Positions 29,192-39,826 of a stretch of 64,000 bases of DNA are shown in pieces. The stretch lies in the NCBI GenBank assembly GCA_963758915.1, contig CAVWXH010000003.1:288001-352000 (forward strand). The letters run 5' to 3'. The translations under genes were made by a program, and so were the position numbers. The DNA comes from an uncultured Methanomicrobiales archaeon (GTDB lineage: Archaea > Halobacteriota > Methanomicrobia > Methanomicrobiales > Methanospirillaceae). Below the pieces are notes generated by a model that had not been told where the DNA came from, did no database searches, and saw only the letters and a program-made list of their open reading frames with translations. The stretch's first letter is position 1. Each line of letters opens with the position of its first letter.

Positions 29192-31027
29192 ATGAAGATA
29201 ATGCTCCACAACCAGAAATTATTGGTCTGCCACCTTATGATAGCGGCCATGTTATGCCTGATTGTTATCCCGGTATGTGCAGAGGCCGCAGTTGTTACAA
29301 CGAACCCGGATGAGGCCACGATGGTAATGATGCCGATTCCCGGGAAGGAATACCGTCAACACGTCAAGTGGTATGAGCTGTCACCGAAGGTGCTGACGAA
29401 GAACAAGTATTTCCTGACTTCGCTCGACCTTACCTCGTATATCCCTTACGATCCCAAGGAGAGGAACCAGGGGAATATCAGTAACTGCTGGGTATGGGCA
29501 GGAACCGGGGGTATGGAACTTGACCACAGCAGAAATGATGATGTAATGGACCGGTTGTCGATACAGTATTTCGACTCCCTCTATAACGGGGGTAAAGGTG
29601 ATTCCTGGGCGGGAGTCGGAGGGTACACTACAGATTTTGTCGCTTTTTACCAGAAGAAGAAAATTGCTGTCCCCTGGTCCAATAAAAATGCCGCTTACGA
29701 GGACTACAGGGACTTGTGCTTCACTGAAAAAAAATCGTGGTCGGTTATTACCAACACCCCGGTAAGTAAAATGCCTCAGTACCCTGTGGATGCAATCGAG
29801 ACCTACCCGATTGCCACATCTTCAGTATCCCAGGGTGAAGCGATTAAGAATATCAAGTATCCCCTCCAGCACGGCGGGGCGGTGCTGGTCAGCCTGTACT
29901 TTGCCGATAAAAAATCAAGCCATGATTTTATGACTTTCTGGAAATTCCAGGGTGAAGAGGCAGTATTTGACTTTGACCCTTACAACGGACAGGTGATGAA
30001 TAACAGCGAGTCCTCCTCTCACCAGGTCCTCTGTGTTGGATATGATGATGAGAGCGATTCATGGCTGATGCTGAACAGCTGGCCGACCGAATTTCCAGGT
30101 CTGGCAGGTCGCCCGAATAACCTTTTCCGCATTAAAATGCACTCCAATTACAATGCCGAGCTGTTAAAACCCGTTGATACGGAATGTCCCGGATGTCCGG
30201 AGTTTTTCCACCAGGTAATCACGGAATGGGTTGTTCTGAAAACAAAATTTGCCAGTAAAAAGACGTCTTATTCAGTAATGGACTCCGTGGCCTATTTCGA
30301 GGCCGGAACATGGTATATCGATCTCAACAAAGATGGCAAACTGAGTGAAAAAAATGACCTCGTGTACCGGAAGTTCGGGCAGGCCGGGGACATCCCGGTC
30401 CAGGGTATGTGGGCACGTGGACAAGGAACGGTTGCGGCGGTTTTCAGGAACGGGAACTGGTTTATTGACAGCAATGGGAACGGGAAATTAGACCGGGGGG
30501 TTGATGCAGTCTACAGGGGACTGGGAGACCAGAAAGGAGATGTGCCCGTTGTCGGGGACTGGAACGGTGATGGTCTTGATGAAGCAGGGTTCTACCGGAG
30601 CGGTCAATGGTATCTCGATACCAATGGTGACGGGACATTTGACAGAAGAAATGACACATATTACCCGCAGTTCGGAGGCCGGAAAGGGGATATACCACTT
30701 GCCGGCCGGTGGTATGCCGAGGATGAACGGGATTACCCGTGGATATACCAGGGGGATGGCACCTGGCTCATCGACTCAAACATGGACGGCTCATACAACA
30801 GGGATACCGATGTTACCCTCATGGGGTTCGGGAATTCAAGGCAAAGTCCTGTCATCGGGGACTGGAGAGGAAGCGGGTCGGATTACCCGACACTGTACAG
30901 CAAGGGGGACTGGCAGCTTGACACCGAACCACCATTTGGGACATTCTCGGATATTGATGAGAAACTTTCAGGGTTTGGATCGAAGGAGAGTATCCCGGTA
31001 GCCTGGCGCCCCGTGATTGCCAGGTAG
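29192..31027 (+). CDS. Secreted papain-like (C1A) cysteine protease with C-terminal Ca-binding VCBS/FG-GAP-like repeats
   Basis: RNQGNISNCWVWA, HQVLCVGYDD, NSW catalytic set; repeats WxxDxNxDG and PVVGDWNGDG. Confidence 0.8.
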   Translation: MKIMLHNQKLLVCHLMIAAMLCLIVIPVCAEAAVVTTNPDEATMVMMPIPGKEYRQHVKWYELSPKVLTKNKYFLTSLDLTSYIPYDPKERNQGNISNCWVWAGTGGMELDHSRNDDVMDRLSIQYFDSLYNGGKGDSWAGVGGYTTDFVAFYQKKKIAVPWSNKNAAYEDYRDLCFTEKKSWSVITNTPVSKMPQYPVDAIETYPIATSSVSQGEAIKNIKYPLQHGGAVLVSLYFADKKSSHDFMTFWKFQGEEAVFDFDPYNGQVMNNSESSSHQVLCVGYDDESDSWLMLNSWPTEFPGLAGRPNNLFRIKMHSNYNAELLKPVDTECPGCPEFFHQVITEWVVLKTKFASKKTSYSVMDSVAYFEAGTWYIDLNKDGKLSEKNDLVYRKFGQAGDIPVQGMWARGQGTVAAVFRNGNWFIDSNGNGKLDRGVDAVYRGLGDQKGDVPVVGDWNGDGLDEAGFYRSGQWYLDTNGDGTFDRRNDTYYPQFGGRKGDIPLAGRWYAEDERDYPWIYQGDGTWLIDSNMDGSYNRDTDVTLMGFGNSRQSPVIGDWRGSGSDYPTLYSKGDWQLDTEPPFGTFSDIDEKLSGFGSKESIPVAWRPVIAR

Positions 31028-31158
31028 CAGGATGGCCGGGTTAAACCACACCCTCAAACAATTTCCATTACCTCACAAAAAATATGCTGTTCACCTGGAG
31101 CCGGGGGTCCCAATACGGTGAAACTGCTGAAGGCCGCAATCAGCCATCTCCACGTATC

Positions 31159-31530
31159 TCATGTTGAATCGCTTGCGGTATTTCCCGCCACCAGGTGCCT
31201 GTCGCCCCCCATTGTGCAACATTCCGGAACGTAATACCGCTTCCCGCCGCTTAACGTCTTCCCGCAGAAGTCACGGCAGGTAGCCGGCCGGGTCTCGTAG
31301 ATATCACACACCCACTTCCGTAGCTCGCTGCCATCAGGTTTATCCTCACATAAGTGCCGGCATGGTGCATCGGCAAGGAAATAGCCTTCTGCTTCCTTAA
31401 GCCCCCGTTCCCGGAGATACTGAACCTGGTGGGGCTTGCACTGCCGGACGGGGACGATGGGGAGCCATCGGCAGCACTCACCGCATCGATTGCAGGTGCC
31501 GGGTAATGGTGAATTTTTAGACGGTTTCAT
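31159..31530 (-). CDS. YkgJ-family (CxxCxxCC) cysteine-cluster protein
   Basis: CNRCGECC...C.HL...CDIYETRPATCRDF. Confidence 0.85.
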   Translation of the reverse strand: MKPSKNSPLPGTCNRCGECCRWLPIVPVRQCKPHQVQYLRERGLKEAEGYFLADAPCRHLCEDKPDGSELRKWVCDIYETRPATCRDFCGKTLSGGKRYYVPECCTMGGDRHLVAGNTASDST

Positions 31531-31620
31531 CGTAGTACCTGGTTGGTTCGGAACATGGGTAAACATTGAGGATCGGGAACGAGGTTTTACTATGATTCAA
31601 TACCAGTCCGGAAAAAAGAA

Positions 31621-32386
31621 TTATTCTTTATATCCCGTCTTTTCGTTTAGTTTCTTCTCAAGGTCCCAGAGGAGGAACATATCAATATCAGCATAGGTCT
31701 TCTCCCCGACCTCGAACGGGTTGTCCATATCCCTTATCAGGAGCAGGAGTGCGGTGAGCAGCATGGAGAGGACCGTAAACAGGACAAGTCCCTCGTAAAA
31801 TGGGTCAAGTTTCACAAAAAACAGTAAGATTATCACACCTGCTGCAGCGAGTTCTGCAATAGCGTACGCTGCCGGTATGAACGATGTCTCTGCAATGGTC
31901 TTGACCCGGTGCGACAGGCGGTCAACTGCCGTAAGTTCACTTTTAAGTTTTATAATAAAATTCGGGGGGACTCCCTCGTCAACCAGGGTTGAAATGTCTG
32001 CGGTGACCGCATCAATGGCAATGTCCATCGCTTCAAGGTCCCAGGTATTGTTCCGGAAGTTCTTGTTGATAGAACGCGTGAGGGCAGCTGACATTTCCCT
32101 GCATTCCGGCAATACACGTCATATCCTTCACCCGGACAAGGCTAAGGTCGCTGTAAAGTGACCTGATAGAAGTCACAATCTCGCCAGGGATCTTCTCGCT
32201 TTCCTTGTAGTCAGTCAATGTTCCGGCAAAAATGATCGCAATGGTAAAAATCGCACCACCAATAAACGCGGTGATCAGATTCGTCACAGAGAGAATGTCA
32301 AAATTAAGGTAATCAAAAACCATCCTGAAGATAAGCAGAATGATTGTGATCCCGAATGCCTTGAGAATGAGGCCCCATTTAGTCAT
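31621..32386 (-). pseudogene. Bestrophin/DUF4239-like membrane protein split by a 1-nt frameshift near 32090
   Basis: ORFs 32033-32386 and 31621-32112 join as ...GMQGNV/AALTRSIN...; C-terminal IRDMDNPF motif. Confidence 0.7.
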
Positions 32387-32518
32387 GAATGATCCCATAC
32401 GTATCACACGATATCCCACGTATACCTGATGTTTTGTTATTCATTCCGGTTGACCAGTCCTGCCGAAATAGCCACCTGAAATGCCCTTGTTGATCCGGAT
32501 GGCGGGTATTATAGTTCT

Positions 32519-35062
32519 TCATACGTTCCTCGCATTCCAGTACTTGAAACACTCAAACCAGACGATACTTAAAGCACCGGCTGAAGCGCAAACAATGAGT
32601 TCTGATACTGGCACAGTCCCGAACCCGAACAGGTCCTGAAGCACAGGAATGTAAAGGACCAGCAGCAGGCAGCTGATCGTCCCAAAAAACACCCACCACA
32701 TCGCCTTGTTGGGCGTGCGCAATGTAGTCAGTGCAGTTTCAGACCAGGACCTGTTGGTCAGGATCAGGAAGAGATTTGCGACCACGATAGTCGTGAATGT
32801 CAGTGTCCTCACCTCATCCTCACTAAAACCCCTGGCCAGTGCATTCACATACACAATGAGGACTATCCCTAATACAACAAACCCCTGGAGCAGGCTCAGT
32901 GCCAGGGTCCGCTTCGTGAAAAGCCCCTCGCTTTTCTGCCGGGGTGGACGGTCCATTACGTTCCGTTCTTCTTTTTCTGATTCAAAGACGATCGAACAGG
33001 CCGGATCTATGACCAGTTCGAGAAAGACGATTTGCACCGGCAGCATGACCAGCGGCAGGTTAAAGAGAACGGGAATAAGCGACATGCCTGCGATAGGGAC
33101 GTGAATTGAAAAAATATACGCCATCGCTTTTTTCAGGTTATCAAAAATTCTCCGTCCCAGCCGCACCGCGGAAACAATCGAGATGAAGTTGTCGTCCAGC
33201 AGGACAAGCGACGACGATTCACGGGCAACATCAGTACCCCGGCCGCCCATGGCAATCCCGATATCTGCAGATTTCAGCGCCGGGGCATCATTCACCCCAT
33301 CCCCGGTCATGGCAACCACTTCACCGCTGGTTTTGAGGGCATTGACAATACGCAGTTTCTGTTCGGGGACTACCCTCGCAAAGAGTGATACTGTCCGGAT
33401 ACGCTGAATAAGCTCTTCTTCGCTCATTTTTTCAAGTTCAGCGCCAGTGATGCACTGGTCAGTATATAAAAGCCCGATCTGGCGGCCGATATTCTGGGCG
33501 GTAAGCGGATAATCCCCGGTAATCATGATTACACGGATACCTGCCGTATAGCATTCTCTCACGGCTTCTGCAACCTGGGGGCGGACCGGATCGGCAAATC
33601 CAACAAGCCCTAGGAAGGTAAAGGTGAAATCATGCTGCCCATCCGGAAGTTCGGCCCGGGAAAACGACGCCTTTGCCACACCAAGGATACGGAGCCCCTG
33701 TGAGGCCATTTTGTCGATATCCAACGCAATTTCCTGCCGTTTCTCCTCGCTGAAGTGGCAAAGGTCTGCGATTGCTTCGGGGGCCCCTTTCGAGGCGATA
33801 ATGTAGTCGTTCCCCCCGGGAGATCTCCAGACATTGGACATTGCAAGGAGTTCGGGGGAGAGGGGGTACTCCAGCACGAGCTCCCAGCCGGAATGGATAT
33901 GCTCAGTTGCCCCGAAATCCCCCTCCCCGAGCTTGAAAAGCGCCTTTTCCATCGGATCGAAGGGGTCTTTTTTACAAGCGAGAATGGCAAACTCAGCCAC
34001 TTCATGACAGATTTCTGCGACCGAATTGTTACCGGTGGCATCGTGTTCGCATATCCGGCCTGACGAAAAAAAATTCTGGACCGACATCCTGTTCTCTGTC
34101 AGGGTGCCGGTCTTATCCACGCACAGCACGGTCGCAGAACCAAGGGTTTCAATTGCTGGTACCTGGCGGGTCAGCACATTTTTCCGGGATATCCTCCATG
34201 CCCCGAGGGCAAGGAATATAGTCAGGACGACCGGAAACTCTTCCGGCAGGATTGCCATCGCAAGAGTGATCCCCGCTAAAAACCCTTCAATCCAGTTACC
34301 ACGGGAAACGCCATATACTACCACGATAATTGCGCAAAGGAAGATCCCCACGATTGCGATCGTCCTGACGATCCTTGATATCTCCCCCTTAAGTCGGGTT
34401 TCCCCCCGCTCCACGGTTTGCAGGACGGTCCCGATCTTCCCCATCTCGGTCCCGGCCCCGATTGACCTGATTTCTGCAAGGCCCTGGCCCTGCACGACCA
34501 TCGTTCCCGAATAAACATAAGGCTGGTCATCACCGCCGGGACGTTCGGCGTGCACCCCCTCTGTCCAGGCAATTTTCCGGACCGGGACCGATTCTCCGGT
34601 CAGGAGCGATTCATCAACTGACACGTTATTGGAGGAGAGAAGGAAACCGTCAGCAGGCACCCTGTCCCCTTCGACAAGGATGACCAGGTCCCCGGTCACC
34701 ACTTCACGTCCCGGTATCCTGACCTGCTCACCGTCACGGATAACCAGTGCACGGGGACTTGAGAGATTTCGCAATGCTTCCAGTGCCCTTTCTGTCTTCT
34801 GCTCCTGGTAGACCGTAATACCAATGATGACAAGCACAAAACTCATCAGCATAAGGCCTTCGGATATATCACCGAGTACAAAATAGATCAGGCCGCTTGC
34901 GACCAGGAGAATAAACATCGGCTCGTGGACTACTTCAATGATGATACCAAAAATGCTGCGTTTCTTTGACTCGGGGAGTTCATTATATCCCCCGGTTTTT
35001 AATTTTTCGGCAGCTTGTTCCTGAGAAAGACCAGTAAAAGACTCAATATCAAGGACTGGCAT
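32519..35062 (-). CDS. P-type ATPase, type II (Ca2+/cation)
   Basis: LTGES, PEEFP, DKTGTLT, KGAPE, TGD, GDGVNDAP. Confidence 0.95.
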   Translation of the reverse strand: MPVLDIESFTGLSQEQAAEKLKTGGYNELPESKKRSIFGIIIEVVHEPMFILLVASGLIYFVLGDISEGLMLMSFVLVIIGITVYQEQKTERALEALRNLSSPRALVIRDGEQVRIPGREVVTGDLVILVEGDRVPADGFLLSSNNVSVDESLLTGESVPVRKIAWTEGVHAERPGGDDQPYVYSGTMVVQGQGLAEIRSIGAGTEMGKIGTVLQTVERGETRLKGEISRIVRTIAIVGIFLCAIIVVVYGVSRGNWIEGFLAGITLAMAILPEEFPVVLTIFLALGAWRISRKNVLTRQVPAIETLGSATVLCVDKTGTLTENRMSVQNFFSSGRICEHDATGNNSVAEICHEVAEFAILACKKDPFDPMEKALFKLGEGDFGATEHIHSGWELVLEYPLSPELLAMSNVWRSPGGNDYIIASKGAPEAIADLCHFSEEKRQEIALDIDKMASQGLRILGVAKASFSRAELPDGQHDFTFTFLGLVGFADPVRPQVAEAVRECYTAGIRVIMITGDYPLTAQNIGRQIGLLYTDQCITGAELEKMSEEELIQRIRTVSLFARVVPEQKLRIVNALKTSGEVVAMTGDGVNDAPALKSADIGIAMGGRGTDVARESSSLVLLDDNFISIVSAVRLGRRIFDNLKKAMAYIFSIHVPIAGMSLIPVLFNLPLVMLPVQIVFLELVIDPACSIVFESEKEERNVMDRPPRQKSEGLFTKRTLALSLLQGFVVLGIVLIVYVNALARGFSEDEVRTLTFTTIVVANLFLILTNRSWSETALTTLRTPNKAMWWVFFGTISCLLLVLYIPVLQDLFGFGTVPVSELIVCASAGALSIVWFECFKYWNARNV

Positions 35063-35507
35063 TATGGTGTTCCACCCGGTGCTGGTAAGCGCGTAGTAGT
35101 GGTTGTGGCCTTAAGATTTTTTGTTATGGCAGGGGGCAATACCCGCCTGAGCTGGTCAGCCCTGATTAATTTTTCATTGGGGACCTGCAGGTAAAATACC
35201 GGCAGCAGGCTAAAGAAAGTGTATTTTCTGGAACATAAGCGTAATTCCTGATTAGTTGTGCGGGAAACATGGTTGATAAAGGGAATGCTCATGCTTAAAC
35301 CAGAACATTACAATTGTGAACATAAAGGGTTTCCGATGGAACATTATTTCTCCATTCTGAATTTTCCTGTATATATGCCGGCGGTGTGCAACACAGACTG
35401 GAAGAAATAACAGCTTTCGTTAAATGATCCTTCAGTCAGCAGGACATAAATGACACTAAAAGCAGTACCCGGATTTTATCAAAGAGAATCGACTTTGCAG
35501 ACATCCT

Positions 35508-35770
35508 GGCTCTGTAGAAATGCTCTCAAATCTATGCTGCAGGTTCGGTTATTCCAAAATTTAGTCACGCTCCCGGGGCTCATGGCCCGCCGCTGTGGCC
35601 ACCCCGGGTTGGGATAGGGAATAATCTCCAAGTCGCGGAAATTTTCTTCCAATATCCCAATCGAACCCTGCCAATGAATATCTTATCGGGGGTGGTGCAG
35701 GGAGGGGGTTTCGCCCCCTCCTGTCACCGTATTCCCCCTTTTTTAAATATGAAGGGTTTTCAACAAAGCC
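35508..35770 (+). mobile_element. MITE-like repeat, short copy B
   Basis: Terminal inverted repeats GGCTCTGTAGAAA ... TTTCAACAAAGCC; internal hairpin GGAGGGGG-TTTCG-CCCCCTCC. Confidence 0.85.
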
Positions 35771-35964
35771 GGACTCCTGAAATTTCCACACACCCCGGGA
35801 GGCTCCACCCCGGTACTCTGGCGGCCCCGGTTGTGATGGGCCCTGTTTATTCCACCTCTGAAACCAGAGGAACTCCCTGCCAAAAGAATATCCCGGCACC
35901 CAAAAAATCCCCCTGACATGGTACCATCATAATATCCAAATATTACCGGGGAGATCTCGAATAT

Positions 35965-36489
35965 ATGAAGATCCTGATCGCTATTGCACCCGAAAAATTC
36001 CGGGACGAGGAGCTCGCCGGACCTGTCGCTGCGCTTCAAAAGGCAGGGATTGCAATGGATATCGCTTCCACCCGGAGGGGGGCCTGTACCGGGATGCTCG
36101 GGGCCAGGACAACCGCCACACTCTCGTTTGAGGAGGTGGATCCGGAACACTATGACGGTCTTGTTATTGTTGGCGGGTCAGGCTCACAGGTCTACCTCTG
36201 GAATGATGAGGTGCTTGTTCACCTGGTAACATTTTTCCAGAAATCGGGAAAAGTTATCGCCGCGATCTGTCTGGCCCCTGTTGTTCTCGCCCGTGCAGGG
36301 GTACTGAAGGGTAAAACGTCTACATATTTTGAGAGCACCGCTTCCGATTTCGAGATGAAAAAAGGTGGTGCCGTCGTTGTCAGGGCCCCGGTTGTCACCG
36401 ATGGGCGGATAATTACTGCCAGCGGTCCGTTGGCATCAGAAGAGTTTGGAGAGGCTGTCGTGAAAAATCTCACCGGTCCGGGATGGTAA
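35965..36489 (+). CDS. DJ-1/PfpI family protein
   Basis: FRDEE, VGGSG, AICLAP, IITASGP. Confidence 0.92.
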   Translation: MKILIAIAPEKFRDEELAGPVAALQKAGIAMDIASTRRGACTGMLGARTTATLSFEEVDPEHYDGLVIVGGSGSQVYLWNDEVLVHLVTFFQKSGKVIAAICLAPVVLARAGVLKGKTSTYFESTASDFEMKKGGAVVVRAPVVTDGRIITASGPLASEEFGEAVVKNLTGPGW

Positions 36490-36694
36490 TCAGTTAACGG
36501 GTATTGACACCCGTATTTCCGGTGCACCGCCATTTTTTGGTTCCGGGGCCTTCACCTGCATCTAGTTACAGGGGTCCCGGATAAGAGGGGGGCTGCCACG
36601 GGTTGATATCCCGGTACACAAGGGCTTTTCCTCAGGCAGGTCTTTTCTTCATCATCGCAATCCTTTATCTGGGTCCCGCTCGTGAGTATGATAC

Positions 36695-37057
36695 ATGGAA
36701 GATTTTATCTCGCTGCAACACCGGACTACCTGCTATCACTGCAAGGAGGACACCGGCCAGATCATTACCGCAGTCCCGAATGGTGCACAGGTCGTGTGTG
36801 GCAATTGCGGGGCCACGAGGTCGTATATCCCAATCATCGAAGATATCAGTAAAAAAGGGGACTACGTCAGGCCCGGGTGTTATGATATCTGGAACCTGGT
36901 GTCTGCGGCATTATGCAGGCAGTGCAGGGTGAAAGGCCCCCATGATGTAACTATCGGGTGCAGGAATTTTACGGTCCGGTGCAGGAATTGCGGGTTTACA
37001 CACCTCTACCGGTTCAGCCTCGAGTTCATTGACAATCCGGGCAAACCACCGGGATGA
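36695..37057 (+). CDS. Double zinc-ribbon hypothetical protein
   Basis: CYHC..CGNCG and CRQC..CRNCG tandem units. Confidence 0.8.
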   Translation: MEDFISLQHRTTCYHCKEDTGQIITAVPNGAQVVCGNCGATRSYIPIIEDISKKGDYVRPGCYDIWNLVSAALCRQCRVKGPHDVTIGCRNFTVRCRNCGFTHLYRFSLEFIDNPGKPPG

Positions 37058-37230
37058 CCTCGAAACCAATCGGAAGTGCGGGAACAGAATAACCAGGGGT
37101 GTTGCAGGAACGGGGTATACCGGGGCTAATCCCTACAATTTCGCAGCCGGTATTGTTCCATTCCTGTAACGGGACCTTACGCCGACACCCTTCCCCAACA
37201 TCTAAATCAATGTACTCTTCATTACCACGT

Positions 37231-38430
37231 ATGGTCACGTACGAAGATATCGTCCATGCAAACGAGGTCATAGCACCCCATATCATCCGTACGCCTCTAA
37301 TTTACTCGCCTACCTTTTCTGAGGTGACCGGGGCTGATATTTACCTGAAACTCGAAACCCTTCAGAAAGCTGGTTCATTCAAAGTCCGTGGGGCAACATA
37401 CCGGATCCTCAACAATATCAACAAGATCGGTGAGGCGGGTGTGATCGCGGCCTCTGCAGGAAATCATGCGCAGGGTGTGGCAGTCGCCGCCCGCATGTCA
37501 GGTTTCCACGCGACCATCGTTATGCCAGTCCATGCTTCCCTGAGTAAGCAGGCCGCAACAAAGAGTTATGGCGCAACAATAATCCTTAAAGGAGAAAACC
37601 TCCAGGAATCAATTGAAACTGCTTCGGCACTTGCCATGAACGGTGCACTATTCATCCACCCTTATGACGATCCCGATATCATCGCAGGCCAGGGCACAAT
37701 CGGGATTGAAATAATGGAAGACCTCCAATCAGTAGATACTATTATTGTTCCGGTCGGGGGAGGCGGCCTTATCAGCGGTATTGCAATTGCCGTGAAAGCA
37801 AAAAATCCGGCAGTCCGGATCATAGGGGTGCAGGCAGCGGCCTGCCCGTCAGCATTCGAAGCCATGCGGGAAGCTGAAGTAGTTACGGTTGTCCCCGACC
37901 GTTCGGTTGCTGACGGTATCCTGGTTCCGCGGGTCGGTACATTGGCCCTGCCCGTCCTCGAGTCGCTTGTTGATGAAATAGTTCTTGTGTCCGAAGAGGA
38001 GATTATTGATGCCATGCTGCTCCTCCTCGAGAGGAAAAAAATCCTGGCAGAAGGTGCGGGTGCAGCCCCCGTTGCAGCATTGCTGAATAACCACATTTCC
38101 ATTCCAAAGGGCAGCAACGTTGTGCTGGTCATATCAGGAGGAAACGTCGATACACCGCTGCTCGCAAAGATCCTTAATCGCGGACTGGTACGCAAAGGCC
38201 GGATCATGCATACCTCGATCAGGTTACAGGATGTCCCGGGATCACTGGCCGGTCTTCTTTCGGTAATTGCACAATGCGGGGGAAATATCATCCATATCGG
38301 GCACGGGAAGGAGGATCCTGATCTGCCACCAGGGATGGTTATCGTGGATATTGATATTGAAACACGTGGACCGGGCCATGTGCAGGAAATTGAGCAGAAA
38401 ATCCAGGAGGCGGGGTTTTTAACCACGTGA
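37231..38430 (+). CDS. ilvA: Threonine ammonia-lyase with C-terminal ACT domain
   Basis: KLETLQKAGSFKVRGA, ASAGNHAQG, PVGGGGLISG, ISGGNVD, DVPGSL. Confidence 0.92.
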   Translation: MVTYEDIVHANEVIAPHIIRTPLIYSPTFSEVTGADIYLKLETLQKAGSFKVRGATYRILNNINKIGEAGVIAASAGNHAQGVAVAARMSGFHATIVMPVHASLSKQAATKSYGATIILKGENLQESIETASALAMNGALFIHPYDDPDIIAGQGTIGIEIMEDLQSVDTIIVPVGGGGLISGIAIAVKAKNPAVRIIGVQAAACPSAFEAMREAEVVTVVPDRSVADGILVPRVGTLALPVLESLVDEIVLVSEEEIIDAMLLLLERKKILAEGAGAAPVAALLNNHISIPKGSNVVLVISGGNVDTPLLAKILNRGLVRKGRIMHTSIRLQDVPGSLAGLLSVIAQCGGNIIHIGHGKEDPDLPPGMVIVDIDIETRGPGHVQEIEQKIQEAGFLTT

Positions 38431-38869
38431 TTTCTTCGGGGTGTCCCGGACGACGCAAAGTAGCGGGAATGGTCTTTTTTGGAGATTGAAGGCTTGTTTA
38501 AAGCGTTCGAAATCGCTCCTTTTCTACCTTAACCCACCCATAAGACGAGTCCGGTTATTGTAAGCCAATGTAATTACGACAAGCTTGTGATTATCGTTTC
38601 ACCATAAACCACCGGATATTGTTCTGCCGGGTCTGACCCGCGTCCAGGTTTTCAGGTACTGTCAGTTAGTTAGCATTTTACTAGGATACGGTACAGAAGA
38701 TCTATGTACCAGCCAGGATATCGTCTCATACCGGGCAATCTCCTGGCAGGACGTTTAGGTAATACAATGAAGTTCAATACATCGAAACGGGGTTTCATCC
38801 TCGTCCTGATAGCACTCTGTCTCACCGTAGTCGGAGTAACCGGTCCTTGCTGATGAAACGACAGGTTAC

Positions 38870-39430
38870 AATGCAGACTCCTATACCGGATTGTTTGCCC
38901 TTAATCCCATGGTCTCATACAGAGAGATTATCGAATTGATTGAGGTGATGAATGTGATTCAAACACACCTGGGAATTGCTCGAATACCTCATTTCACAAC
39001 GCTGAAGAAATTTTCATCACGGATTAGTTCAACAATCCTAACCGAGGTTCACAAGCAGGCCACCAGTTTTGCTTATCGAGATACGGGACGAGTATCAACA
39101 ATTGCAATCGATTCTACTGGTTTTCCAACTGAAAATTTCAGGTTACTAGGACTCAACGAGGACCGATAAGATCAGGAAGGATTTTATAAAAATCTCTGTT
39201 GCAGTTGATACCGAAAAACAAACAATTCTCGGTTCTAAAATCACTAAAAGCAGGCAGCATGATACAAAACATTCTAAACCACTCTTGAGAAATACTCTGA
39301 GAAAGGCAGATTTCTATGTCCTCGATCGTACGATATGATTCCGAGCAAAGTCACCTTCAGGGCAGAACCAATCCCCGTGCGACATCCATCATCGCTATTC
39401 GCGATTGGAACGCCGCCTATTTATGAGGGG
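38870..39430 (+). pseudogene. Degraded IS5-family transposase
   Basis: IPHFTTLKKF, IAIDSTGF, then a shifted frame KISVAVDTEKQTIL...QHD...LDR/YDSE; AT-rich; boundaries approximate. Confidence 0.85.
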
Positions 39431-39826
39431 GGATGAGACGCACAAAGGATCAAGGGACTTCCCTGCAAACTATATTTTTAATTCCATTGGCCGCCGGGAG
39501 TATAAAGGGCCACGAACCTGGGTATTTTTATCATGGATCTGAAAAATCCGTTCTTATTCTCCTTTTGGGTCGTTGACCTGACGGCCGCCTGATATACCCG
39601 ACCAGGCCTTCCTTTCCCGGTTTGCCTGCCAACACCATTCAGGGTATGATTACCCTCCACACCCGGTCTTACGCCCCCATTTCATTACCCGGGGCCGGGG
39701 TGCCCAAAGGATAGCGAAATACCCTGGTCACCCGGCAGTGTTCAATAGCTTTATTGTACATAGTCACAACTGTTCAGTACCGCCCGATACCAGGGAACCG
39801 GGAGTCCCAGCAGGTGAGTTCTGTCT

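Noticed and set aside
37662-38426. Long antisense ORFs (254 aa here; also 2332-3081, 50386-51084, 62720-63460, 16853-17506)
   Set aside because: Shadows of well-supported genes on the opposite strand with no motifs of their own
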